The notes under the pieces are model-generated. The model saw only the letters and a list, made by a program, of their open reading frames with translations, was not told the DNA's origin and made no database searches. A stretch of 63,769 nt of DNA, counting the filler, from Hyphochytrium catenoides (taxonomy: Eukaryota; Protista; Hyphochytriomycota): assembly GCA_900088475.1 (NCBI GenBank). It is 11 parts of 11 records of this genome, joined end to end, with 100 filler letters (N's around TTAATTAATTAA, not from the genome) between each part and the next. Parts side by side here need not be neighbours in the genome. Positions count along the whole stretch, not along the records: positions 1 to 17,809 come from FLMG01004426.1; 10 more parts are not named here. One strand, given 5' to 3'. The translations under genes were made by a program, and so were the position numbers. Each line of letters begins with the position of its first letter. Positions within the stretch are counted from its first letter, which is position 1. This document shows, in pieces, positions 1 through 12,954 of this stretch.

Positions 1-1397
1 GGCCGTAGAATTGCAAGTTCCATCATGAGAATTTCGGAGAATAGGAGGTAATGGGGGTGACCTCACATCCATGTAACCAAAGACTTGCCCCCATGAATTT
101 GCCAGACGAACAAGGAGCCAATGGTGGGGAGGGGATTCACTGGAGCTACCCCCGTGCCCAAAAATGACCAGGGAAGATAACTGTGCAGGAGAAACACCAA
201 CATAAATCTTTGGAGCCACTTTGCGACAATCCTAGGAAGAGGCTCCAAATAAAGCCGAAATAGTAAGGAAAGCGGGCTGTTCCTGTGCCAAGTCTCAAGT
301 AACGAATGAATAGAGTTCTTGTAAATACGACATTATTCGGATGGGTCCACGTACACCCGCAGCATATGGGTGCCAAATAATCAGAACGATGTTCAAGAGG
401 TTTATCTTCGGGTAGGTATTATTTGCGGAGGAGACGCCAATAGATGAGGAGTAGGGGTGTTAATGTATGGTAACGCTGCTGCTACTGACTGGGAAGAGCA
501 GGCACTTGTGGCATATTTTCGTTGGAATGATAGGGGGACGGCGGAATAGTTTTGGGCAGGCCAGAGAACCATCCAGGAGTCGCAGAACTTTTCTGTCCCA
601 AGAAAGAACTCCTGTTANNNNNNNNNNNNNNNNNNNNNNNNNNNNNNNNNNNNNNNNNNNNNNNNNNNNNNNNNNNNNNNNNNNNNNNCACTCTCTCTCT
701 CACTCTCACTCTCACTCTCTCTTTCGCTCTCTTTCTCTCTCTCTTTCGCTCTCTTTTTCTCTTTCTCTCTCTTTCTCTGTGTCTTTCACCAATCGCTCGC
801 TCCTTGAGACGTGTACTTTCTTGGGCGTGTCTCTCCCGTTTCTTGACAAGTTTGGCCCCTCGTCGTTTCACTCTTTCTCTTGGCTCTGTCTTGCGGGGCA
901 GGGCCAGCAATCATCTATCACCCATCTCAAACCTCTTTCTTCCCCTCGATCCTTCTATTCCAAGCGTCGCTCACTCAGTCTCTTTGATCCTCTGTCTCTC
1001 GACCACTGGGCCTCTCTTTTCCTGCTCTCGCCTGTCCTCGGAAAAAAAGAGAGAAAGAGAAAGAGAGAGAGAGAGAAAGAGAAAAAGAGAGAGAGAGAGA
1101 GAGAGANNNNNNNNNNNNNNNNNNNNNNNNNNNNNNNNNNNNNNNNNNNNNNNNNNNNNNNNNNNNNNNNNNNNNNNNNNNNNNNNNNNNNNGACTCTCC
1201 CATCGCGTTACTCTGCCAGGTTTCCTCGTCCTTCGTAGTGGTACCAGATAGAAAGTCCGATCTTCGAAGTCGTCCAACGAATCTCCGAGCGGCGTCAGGT
1301 CTGGTTAGTGCTGCTCACCCGCGCTCAAGAGCTTCATTCATAAGCTTTGCGGACAAGGTGAAGATGCAGATCTGCTAACTGGCCGCCGTGAGGCAAG

Positions 1398-4300
1398 ATG
1401 CAGTCATCTGCACCGATCTACCGCCTGGGGATACAGGTCCTTGCGCTGGTCCTGGTGCTTAGCGCTGGATGGAGCATCAAACATGCTGGGTTCTCATCGG
1501 AACATGGTAGATCCTCATTCTTGTTCTGTGGAGACTGCTGCTGTTCTTCCTGACTGATGTGTCGCTTGTGCGATCCAGTTCTCGCCCTTTGCCTCCTTCT
1601 ATCCCTCAACTTTCAGTCTGCAGTGCCTCTTCCTATTCTCTAAGCTAACTCCCTTTCCTGCGCCGCCGCACCCTGACTGACATCCCCTTCACTTTTGTTT
1701 GTTTTTTTTGCTTTCGCTCGCGTCCGCTGTTCCGGTCTTTCTGCTAGACGCAACCTCCATGCATCCATCCCACACCTCCACATCGCTTATGGACGCCATT
1801 GATCGTATCGTCATTGATCCTAATGAGATCTTGGCTTACGAGGAGCTCTCCCTCAGCAATATGTATGCCACTCTCGCAGACTACGAATTGCAGGAGGTAG
1901 AGCATCAGACAGGGCCTCCATTATCGAACGAAGACGGACTGCTTAGTACTGAAGACCACTCTGTAGCTCTCTCGGACAGTGCAGAGGATAATGACCCGGG
2001 AATAATCAGTGAGACCCTGAACTTCGGTACCACGGTTCTCTGCATTCCTGTCGTCAAGACCTTCCAACTCCTCTCTCACCAGCCAGACGGCTCTCCAATA
2101 GAGGTTATCTCAGCTAGAGCCACTACGTCACACTTCTACGTTGACATAACGGAGGGGGATGGTGCCATTTCTCTCCGTATCATCTTTCTGCCCATCACCA
2201 TAGGATATCTCACGGATCAAGTCATCCTTGAGTCGTCCATTGGAGTCTTTACGTTTCTCCTCCGGGGCTCGGCCACTGTCAATGAGTTTGGCCTCCTTCC
2301 TGTCATTCACCATGGTCTGGCTCTCGGGGAGACGCTGACTACGTCAATGTCTCTACATAATCCTCTTAAAGAGCCACTTTCTGTTCTGGATGTCTCAAGC
2401 ACGGACCCCAGATTAACTCTTTCCTTTCCTAATCCGTCAGAAGGGAATGCTCCCGGCCCATCTCTTTGGATGGCTCAGCCAGGGGAGAGTCTTCAGATGT
2501 TTAACCTGACCTTCACTGCAACGGAGTTAGGTCCGTATTCTGCCTATATCAATGTTAGGACTGAGACTATGGGGTTCGTGGTCCCTGTCATTCTACACGT
2601 GGCGGCGAGAGGGATATCTGCCCCTAGACAGGTCATTGATGTCGGCACTGTGGGTACAAATGAAGGAGAAGAAGGGAAAGATTTTGCGGTGGAGGTCTAC
2701 TCTTCTCATACACAACCCTTGCGACTGGAGAGGGTCGAGCTGCTCCATCGTCTCGAGAATGCCACCGCAAACGTTCTCTATAACAAGTCACAGATCATTG
2801 AGCCCTCAAAAACTTCCAAGCTGCATATGAAGATCTATTTCGATCCTCTAATTTCTCCCCAGCCATTCAACGCCTCCCTGACCATTCGGGGGGTGGATAG
2901 CGAAGGAGAGACAATGGAAGTAAAGGTAGAGCTTAGAGCTCACATCGTCCTTAGAGCAGTCAGCCCTTCCTCTGACGTGGTTGTAGATATCTCTGCTCTT
3001 CTAGAGCAGCCAGGACAGTGGGTAGTCCTTAGCAACATATCCTTCGTTAATGAGTTCTTGGAGCCCATAGAGCTCGTTAACGCCTCCTCGGACCTCGACT
3101 GGCTGAGGGTGGGCTCCTGGAGAGAGATTGAAGGAGAGAGGCCGGTTGCGGCTCCGAATGAACCGATGCCCAAGCTAAAGCTTGAGGGCCGAATGCCAGA
3201 AGATGAGGTGATTCCCAAGAGTGGGACAATTACTCTCACAACAAACGTCTCATCCCATAGCTTTTCTCTGCATATCATCTCCCAATATCTCTCGCTGGCA
3301 TCTGCGTTTCCCTACCATCTACAGAAGCAGGGAGCGGCGTCTGGATGCAAGTTCCATTGCAACAGCCTCCTGGCACGTTCGTCTAACTCCTCGTCCCCAA
3401 TTTCAGACTTCTCTCAACGGCAATGTGAAGAGTGCCAGGTCTTTCGGAAGTATACCATGGAGTATGGGCCTGTCGTACCCGAGAGCCAGCCAGTACTCTT
3501 CTTTAACCTCACGAACGAATATCCGAACAGTCTACTGGTAAATGGGCTGCTGCTCTCCAAGGTTCTTTCTGTCTCTCTGCTTGGAATATCACGTGGGGAA
3601 CAGTCCACTTTCAGGCAGTATCCCATTCCTCAAAACTTGTCCCACATTATCAACGCCTTCGCTGCCTCCCTAGACCACTGGAGTCGTCAGATAAGGGAGT
3701 CTACTGAGGAAGACTACTTACTGTTTGACACGTCAGAGTCTCCCCTTGTGATACCTCCCGGATTTGTCCTTATGCTCTCAGCTGAGCTAGGAAAGGATTG
3801 TCTGTACCCAATGGGAACAGGCTGTAAGGACACTCCCTCCTTTTCCTTCTTCACTTCAACCAAAGAAGTCTTACAAATAGAAGCATCCTTCTCTCTCCTG
3901 GATGGTTCTCTCGCTCTCTCTTCTGAGGCGCTTGAGTTTGAGCCTACGTTTCCCGGGAAATTTCAGCTTCGTAAGGTCTTTGTTCACAATTGTCTCAACG
4001 TCACAGTCAGGATATTAACTGCATCCTCCGACGACAGCAGAGTGCAGATGGTGGTGAAAAATCCTTTGATTAGTCCAGGTCAAACACTAGAGATTGGCTT
4101 TGCAGTCCTCTCTCCTGCTTACCTCTCTCTTTGCCATGACGTGTCCGCCTTTGCGGATTGCTGGGCTCCTGAAGTGGAACTGAAGGGCCTCCCTTACCTC
4201 TCATCTATGGAGGAGAACCTCACCGCGGAGGACATTGAGGCTTACAGAGTGAGGAGCAGGAGGTTCAGGGAGATGGTGGAAACAGGAAGCGACGCGCTAT

Positions 4301-7300
4301 CTGCCTCTATTCTCCTTGAAACCTCTGTTTACACCTCCTTACAGATTGTAGTCTCTTCGCGGATCATCTTACCGGAGCTCACCTCTCCATCCGTCATATC
4401 CTTCCCTGTCACTGGCACGCAGAGCCTCTCCAAGCGCTTCATAGAGGTGACAAATCCCAGCGACGTACCCATCGCGGTATCTCTCGATCCATTTCTTGAC
4501 GCTGCTGATATCGCCAGGTTCTCTTCTCTCGGAGGGATAAGTCCTTGCTCCGAAACTATAGGGAACAATGGATACCCTGTCTTCTATTTCTCCGGTGACG
4601 CGGTGCTAGAGGCTCGCTTAGAGCCAGAGCAGACGGTCGCACTAGGGCCGGTGATCTTTAGACCTGAGGCAGAAGGAAACTTCACCGCTACTCTGTGGCT
4701 GCGGAATGAGCTGACGCATTTGACGCCGATAAGATTGGAGGGCCTTGCCAAGGATCCAAAGCTCTCCATTTACATATCGGAGGAATCGTCACCGCTCGCG
4801 AATCAAGACCTTCAACGTTCTCTCTATGGAATGCCTGCACTTCCTCAGATGCAAGGCGTGTCCGAGGAGGCCGAGATCAGGGTAGGGAAACAGTGGAAGG
4901 AAGTCAAGAACGGTGAGGATCTTCGTTTCGAAGCCTCTATGGATCAAAGGAGGCACCAGGACAGCCCGAAGCTTTCAGCGACAATGCTAAGAGCCATAGA
5001 ACTACGAAACGAAGGACTTGTTCCGGTTAGTCTATTAAGTGTAGAGATTGTGGCCCTTTCCNNNNNNNNNNNNNNNNNNNNNNNNNNNNNNNNNNNNNNN
5101 NNNNNNNNNNNNNNNNNNNNNNNGTGGACTATACAATTAGAGGGTTTTCTGCCTTCGGAGTTGGCTGCTGACTGTCTTGCTATCCGCGAGGGAGACATAG
5201 TCTATTTGAAAATGGCAGCCATTGGAGCTGCCGCCCTTTTGCTTCTTACCCAGTTTCTCTCCCTTATGAAGCACTACATACTGCAGAGATCACAACCTCT
5301 TCGGACTTGGCGCCTTCCGATGCCCTCTAACTCTTCGGGCTCTCCCTGGGAGTTACCTTACTCGTCCTCCTCACGATATCCTGTTACCGTCAGCAGTCGA
5401 AACCAGTTTCAAGTGGCAGTGCCGAATTTGGCTGACAAGGAAGAAGGGCATAAGTCTATTAAAGCTCCAGTCTCTTGTGGCAGAGAAGACAAGGGTCTGA
5501 CAACCGGGAATAATTCAATGCATTCAGACATAGGAAGACCCGGGAAAGAAGAGATCTTGTACACCGAGCGGCAGAAAGAAGATGGTGGAAGACATGACAG
5601 AGGAGGTCCTAGGCCGGAGAGGCCAGACCAAGAGCTGAAGAAGGGAGATGATGTCCATGAAGACATGCCAAGCAATCGCGCCTTAGACATCCCCGATAAC
5701 CAGCCGCGAAGGAGAAAGAAGAGGGGAAAGACAGGGGAGAACAGACAGGAAAGAATGGCTGGACGTTTCTTGGTTGATGAGGGTAGTGAGGCAAACCTCA
5801 GCAACAAAGAGGTCTCTGAGAGGCACTTCTTAGTTGACGATAAGCATGAAGGGGAAGGATTCGTTCTAAACCGTCCGTCTTCTCCACCTATAGCAGTCAC
5901 AGCTCAAGCGCAGAGCAGGCCGGGCGAGAACAGGGAACCTGAACTGATGCAAGTGTTGACGGCCTCAGAAGTGATGACAATGGGGTCACCAGATGTTCCA
6001 ACCACAAAGCTCTTTAGCTTGATAAAGAAGGAAGAAAACGAAGATCCGGCAGGTAGAAGGGCTGCGAAGAGACGAGAGTTCGTCTCTGCGGTGCTGGACT
6101 CGCTTGCTCAACCCGCCTCTCCTCGCTCTCCCGCTCAACGTTCTTCTCCTCGTTCCTCGGACCACGAGAGGAAAGGGACGAGCTTACATGGTTCCCTTCC
6201 TCTTGCAAAGGAATTTGAAGATACCAATAGAAAGGACAGTCCTAAGGAAGCCACGAGCTCTACGTCTACGTACTCTTCCTCTCCCCGTGCCTCCTGGAAC
6301 TGTCCGCTAGAGACGTTGAAGTCACGCGTTGCTGGCCCTGACCTGCCAGCAGGCAAAGATAAGAAGGAGGATAGTGAAGAGAACGTGACAGAGCGCTTGC
6401 CAGAACGTGGCATACCGTCTACGCCGCTAGCACTGTATCCTATTCCCCTCCGATTACCAGACGAGTCCAGTACAACCAGAGAAAGTGACAGCAGGATAAG
6501 GTTGCCTGAGCAACAGCCGACGTCCTATGGCCGAGAGCATGAAGCGCCGTCGCAAAGGAGACGTAAGGGAGACAGGCCAAGACCTGACAAGAAGCCGCCA
6601 GAGACGAAGGCACAGGCCTCATTGCCTGTTCAACCAGCTCCTAATGAGAGGGAACTGAAAGAAAGGGAACAAGAGAGAAAGATAAAAGACATGGAACAGG
6701 ACGACAAGCTGGGAGGGACGAACGTCAGGAACAGCAATCCCGCTACCCAGTCAAAAGTACCTGCTACAAGCGCCTCACCTCTCATTCACGATAGGACTCT
6801 GGACAAAGAAGATGTTACCCACGGGCCAGACACACCAAGAGTTGGCTTAGAACACAAGTCTGAGGAGCGGGAGGAAAGGGGATTGATTAATATTCTGGGG
6901 TGCCCACAGCCTGAGACGGCCCTAACTGAGTCTTCGTCTCGACGGAGAGCTCCTGAGCTGATCTTTACGGGCAGAAGTGGCAATTCCTACTTCTCTACTC
7001 CGGCCTCTCCCCGGACTTCGCCTTCGGTGGTGCCGCTCGCTGGGAGTATTACTGAGCAAATGACAGAGCAGAGGGCCAAACGGGGCAGAGAAGAGAAACT
7101 AGAAGGCTCATCGGCACAGGCGTCCCTAACTTTCCCTATATCAAGACCAACCGGAAGGGTCCCAGCGCCACCTGGGTTTGAAGAGCTAGATGGCAGCGAC
7201 GTGGCCCCAACTCTCCCACCGTGTCCATCCAAGACAGCGGAAGTGGGGAGAGGGAGTGGTGTAGGCAGTGGATGGCCTTCCGCTCGTCAAGGCTCTTGGC

Positions 7301-7662
7301 TCAATGGTGGCCATAGGGAGGCAGAACTGGGAGGCGTTTTTGGGCCATCCTTCTTCTATGGTCCTTCTCTCTTCCCGCCTCTCCCTCCTCTAATTGACCA
7401 GGAGTTTGCTCCTCGTTCAAATTCCTCTCCAGCTTTTCCGCCCCCGCTGTTCCCTCCTGAGCCTGATCTGAACCCCAATCCCTCAAATAGGACGGAAACA
7501 GTTGGCGGTGTGGGAGGGAGTGCAGGAGGGGAAGAGTTCTACCCTTTGACGGACATTCCTGTGCACCTCAGGTTCGCGCTGGAACAGAGTGAAGAGAGAA
7601 AGATTGACCAAGAAGATCTGCCGACGGCTCTCTGTCTCTCCGCTCTAGCCCCATCCAAGTAG
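1398..7662 (+). CDS. TMEM131: TMEM131-like type I membrane protein (signal peptide, Ig-like/ASH repeats, one TM helix, long disordered tail)
   Basis: Exon 1 1398-1506 (MQSSAPIYRLGIQVLALVLVLSAG, signal-like) splices in phase 1 through a GT..AG intron 1507-1747 into the 1987-codon ORF. TMEM131-type motifs: FEPTFPGK, NPSDVPI, LWLRNELT, LRNEG. TM segment MAAIGAAALLLLTQFLSLM. A 62-N gap lies at 5062-5123. Confidence 0.8.
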
Positions 7663-8104
7663 TACCCCACGAATTCCTTTAGACTTTGTGGACGTAAGAG
7701 CTAATGCGATGAACTCAGTTCTCTGTCTCTCTGAACCTGCTTGCATTCTATCCCAATCCAGCATGTGGCCGCTTCCCTAGATATTAGGGACCTTTTGCAC
7801 TCAGGGTCTCTCCCACCCTGTCTTTGTATGTCCCCGCTACGTGTTCCCCTCCTTGGTGCTCACTTGATAGGGTTCGGAACGGGACGGTTGCCAGTCTTTT
7901 TAGCCTGTAAGAATGTTCCTGGTCATGCCATACAATGGAAGAGCGAGAGAAAGTCTTCAGCTTCGTTTATAGCTTTCTTGAAGCTTCACGCTCTTTCGCA
8001 CAACAATACAAGGGTAACTCTATCAAAATCCTACTAAGCGCTGACTAGGCTCAGCCCGATAGGAGAGAGGGACAGTGGCAAAAAAATGGATAAAGAGACT
8101 TCCT

Positions 8105-8595
8105 CTAGTCCTTGCGCAAGACAATAACTTGATACAGTCCCGCGATGGTCCACTCAGCATCTGAAATGGTGCCTCGGTGGTTTAGAACGTGCATCTCCTC
8201 CATTAAATCAAGGTTAAACCTGTGATAGTGGGGAAAGAGAACAAATAGACAGCAGCGTCAGGACCCGAAAGAAATCAAAAGAGAGGAGAGGCAAGGCTGT
8301 CTGCCAACAATCGAATTGTTAGTAGGAGGGGATTGCAGAGCCACGCATGAGAGTGAAAGGCTCATAGTGCAAGTGTCCGCCTTACTTCAGATTCTCCGTC
8401 ACAAAGGACTTGAAGTTGGCTCTGTAATAGATCTTCAGCCCGTAGTCATACGCGAGCTAGAAGAAGGGAGACAATAGTCACGCATTCTGAAGAGTTGGTG
8501 ATATACTTTCTCTCTCGCTCTCCTCTCGCTCTCTCTCTCTCCTCCCTCTCGCTCTCTCGCTCTCTCTCTCTCCCTCTCTCTTTCTTCCTTTCTCT

Positions 8596-8632
<37 letters not shown>

Positions 8633-11600
8633 TCTCTCTCTGTCAAACCCTTTCCTTCCCTCCCTGTGGGCTTCTTTCCAATCATCTATTCGCTGTTTGA
8701 GCGTTAAGCCGCAGCAATTCCACAACGCATACTTCTTCGTTCCTGCCGCTTTCAACTTAATGATCAGGGCCTTCTTTATCGTCTTCTGACTTTCGCCCCT
8801 TTCTCCAAGTATCTGTTTCCCCCCAATCATTGGTATGTTGGTAAGGCTCTCCTCTTTGTTACCTTCTCTATAAGGGGAGTTGGGATCATCCATTCCGGTG
8901 CGTCCACTGCTTCGGCCTCCTCTGCGTCCTTGAGGGTGAACCAATAGCGAAGTCCAAATCGCCCTAGAGACTCGTCCACACTGGACCGCTGTCGGGGATC
9001 TAAGAGAGCGCGCCTAATTCAGATAGGGAGGGGGAGAAAAAAGAGATTGGAGCCAGTTAGAATAAAGACGGCGCCCTACCATCTGTCACATGCCTGAGGG
9101 AAGCAATCAAGAAAGACCCTTGCTCTGGTAGTCAATAACGTTAGGTGAAACCAAAAAGTGAATAGCCAGCACCCTCATAGAGGAATCTGATATAAGGCAA
9201 TCGGCAAAAAAGGCATGTCATTTCCATCCTTAGGGACTAAGGTGGGGCGCAGGGCTGTGAGGTGTAGACTGGAAGAGAGAATGAGACGAGAAAGAACCAT
9301 CAACATGCAGACCTCGTCTCTGGGTCTAACTTAATGCTGACTAAGCATCTTCCTTTCTCGTCGACCACGTTCAATGGCTGATCCTTTCCGTCCTCGTCAT
9401 TCGGACCGGCTTCCACTGCATTTAGGTCTGTGATGTTTTCATCTGCCGGTGGATTGGCTGCAGGCGGCAGGATAGTCAGACCCTTCAGTTCTCTTCCTTC
9501 CTCGCCCCCACTCCCTGACTGTCTATGGTAGCAGTGGCTTTTACAAACGCTAGCCTGCTTCATTACGATGTCTGGTGCCATGATCATCTCCCCTATCCAC
9601 ATCTGAACAAGCTACTCTTCGGCAGTTTGTATGTTCGCTTAACTCCGTTGGGTCTTCCATCCTATAAAGCTAACTCCCGGATGAGGTCCACTACATGGCT
9701 TTCAGACCCTTGGGACTCTTTGGTCCGACCTCGTCCTTACCTTGTTGCAGCAGCAGGTTGATAATTGCATCAGGATCCACTGTGGTAGCCAGCAAATAGC
9801 CTCCACGATAAAGATGCTGCGCTGCTGCAGATAGAAAGTGGCGGGCCCGTTGCTAACAACAAAGGTAAGGGAAAGCCAGGATTGGCAAATGGAATAGGAA
9901 ACGAAGCGTTAGGGCCCATAATCGACGAATAGGAAGAAAGGAGAACGAACAAGCCATGGTTGAGCATGAACAAGCCCCAACTAGCTCTTTGCAGAGGACG
10001 TACCTCCGTCTGGAAAAAGTAATGAAGTGCGAACTGAACGCTAATAACCGAGTAGCGGTCCTGTGGATCAAGGGGTATCGCCTCGTGCCACCCAATTTCC
10101 GGAGTCCAGGATTCGAGGTGTTCCGTGGCAATGGACGCCTTGAGGACAAAGAGAAGTGTTAACGAAAGCGAGGGCGGAAACAGTTGTGGAAAAAGGGTCC
10201 CAGGCTTCCAAAGATTAAGTAGTAAATGAGGCGCCTAGTCCTGCCGCTATTGAAGAGCTGCGCAAGAAAAGGATAGGCAGAGTGTAAGCAGTAAGGTGGC
10301 AAACTAAAGCTACAAACATAGACGCAAAGACCGCTGCCCGCCCCTGGCTCTTCCTTACTTCGCCCAGATCCGCGCAGCTGAGCTTGATCTTTGGCAACTC
10401 CATCCTTCTTTTGCTCTTTGCATCTTCAATTCTGCTGACGAAGTCCCGCAAAGAGTTAATGGCAATGTCCAACCCTATGACATTCATCTCTTCAGTCATG
10501 TTTAGGTTGACATAACCAAAACGACTCGATACAAGATGAGCGAGTATAGGCGGGGCCATAACAAGTCAAGCCTTGGAACGGAGGAGACATGTAATATCCT
10601 CACCTGTATACCGATCTACGTTCAGCTTCTGCCACTTGAAAAAGTCTCCTCCTTTACCACAAGCCAGGTCTAGGACAGACTTCTCAGGCGTCTCGCCCAT
10701 GGATGAGGCGTGCTGTTCAAGATGATAGAAGGGGTGAAGAAAGGTATTTGAGAAAAGGATGTGACCGCGAGGGAGCGAATCAAGGACCAATGAGCAGTCT
10801 ATGGACAAAGAGGAAGCGGAGAAAAGGGCAATACCTGGCATTTATCTCCATATTGGTTGATGAGTATTGTCTTGACCCAGTTATTCAGAGTGCGCAGGTG
10901 ATAGACCAATGATGAAGCACGACCTCCTAGTGACCGATCAAGGCGATTATAATGTCCTGCGGCCTCCTCCTGGTCCTTACTAAGGGAAGAATGCGCGGTA
11001 AAACGGAGCGTGAGAATAACTATCCATAAAGGTTTTGTTGATGACACGCGTAGTTGGGCTCAGGTTGGGCTTGACTCAGGGGAGATGTGTATATACTCCG
11101 GCAAAGAAGTTTAAGAAGTGCTTCTTTCTTTCATTTCTCACCCAAACTGTTTCCCAGTCTTCTCTGCCACAGTTGTGAGGAAGACAGGCACGGTCCATTC
11201 ACTTTTCAAATCCTCGAGATCGAGAAAGGCGCAGTGAATGCCGTTGTTCTCCAGGTAATAGACGCTCTTCTCTCCTAGCCACACCGGGCTACGGGAGCCT
11301 TTCCCTTACAAATGGGAGAGGTCGTTACTGATAGTAGGCTGAATGGTGGTCTAACACCTCTCCTTACCCGCAAAAAGTGACAGTATTTCCTTTGTCTCTC
11401 TCTCTCTCCTATTCATCTCTTCCGTCCCACACCTGCCTGTTAAGGACTTCAGACTCACCTGAAGATTCATAATAGCTAAAGTTGTCTTCCACCGGAGGCT
11501 CTGGCAACCATCGTTCTGGACTTGGAGTGCGATACCCTAGCATAAGGGCCAATCCAAAAGATGAGGCACATCCTTTTTCGCCATAACAAGATGACCAGGG

Positions 11601-12690
11601 GTGACAGAAGCAAGCAGTTCTAAGCTAGGGAATAGCCGAAACCGTAGCACTTGTGCGTAGGCCTTTATCCCATAAACTAAAAGGAGAGTCGATCGTCGGC
11701 AGCCAACACTGTTCGAGAGACAAACAGGAGAGCGTCCTGTAGTGGAAGATGGTTAAAATAAGAGGGAGACACCAACCTAAGGTCTCTGCAGTCCAAACGG
11801 GGCTATTCATCCCATTCGCCGGTTCTTCCCACTGGCTGGACTGTCTCCCATCTATGCACAGCCCAAGCCGTTAGATGATTAGTAGATGGTACATGAGCTA
11901 AGCAATGATCAATAAACAGAAGTTGTGGCAAGCCTTCTCTGACCGGCGTCATTGGTGCTGTTCAACAGCGACTCAATCCGGTTCCTCTTCAGCGGCCGAG
12001 GTTGAGTGGATTCGGTAGGAGAGGGCTGACTTTGGGACGAAGATGAGAGAGAGACCGGTGGCGGAGGAGGTGGAGGTGGGGGTGACCCTTGAGGTCGCTG
12101 GGGCTTCTTCTCTGGCGGTCTAGAGTATGACTTGTGGGGCTCGGCGATGTGAACATATCGCTTATTGTTGTTCTTATCCCTGGGATTCACAGAGAATTGA
12201 TAAGACAGAAGCAGATTTTGAGCGACCACAGCCTGAAGACCAGAACAGCATCGGATCAGGCGCAAGACAGCGCTGAGAGAAAGTGAGTAAGAGAGCTAGA
12301 GACAAAATAGAGGTGGAAGCATAAGAGCTGTCATGGTTGGAGGTGTTGGCAGATTCTGATCGCCTCCTTACACTCTTTGGCTTACCGCACGATGGCCCAA
12401 CCCTTGGGAAGATCACTCAAGGTCCAGAGGTTCAGTTTCAGCTTCTGTTGGGGGCGAAGTGTTGACGGAGGCAAAGTGTAAGACTGAAGGCGAAGCTTGA
12501 TAGCGCAACGGGCATAAGAGCTCTATGGCCAGCATCTTAGTTTCTCTCTCAGCACCGCTTGACGTACCGCGTTATAATAGTAACCCATTTGCTTACTCTG
12601 TGAGAAAACCCAGCCCCACTCATGAGGAAGACCTCCAGTGCGGTGGTGATCCCACTCTCTGGGGATCTTTGGCTCCTTTCCTGCGCTCAT
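8105..12690 (-). CDS. RNMT: mRNA cap guanine-N7 methyltransferase (RNMT/Abd1 family) with two N-terminal WW-like domains; multi-exon
   Basis: Spliced motifs in order: AAGHYN, LRTLNNWVKTILI, VLDLACGKGGD, GLDIA, SVQFALHYFFQTE, GGYLLATT, FGLRYWFTL..AVDAPEW, EWTIAGLYQVIVLRKD-stop(8105). Upstream exons 12690-12568, 12444-12386, 12179-11944, one from 11851, 11536-11459 and one ending near 11142 join the core exon at 10979 with consistent phases. Confidence 0.88.
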
Positions 12691-12954
12691 GCTCTTGAGG
12701 TTGACGCACTTCTAGCAAAGCTAAGGCTGTAAGAGCTGAGGCAAGAGACCTCAGATAGCAGGGCGCTACTACCGCCTCAACCTGCGTGCCCAGTGTGACT
12801 CCTCTTCATATCATCTCGTGCTCTAAACAGGCCACGTCTCATGCCCGTCTTCAGAGGACAAGGGTCTTCTAAGGGAACTCTTGCTTGTCTCCATGCTTAT
12901 AGTTCTCATGCTCTTTGCCTCCCTTGTCTCGTTGTTCTATGATGACCTCTGCAG

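Noticed and set aside
467-1378. Long SLSL/ERER ORFs here and at 29792-30943 and 58153-60592
   Set aside because: They are translations of (TC)/(GA) microsatellites, N gaps and introns, which lack stop codons.
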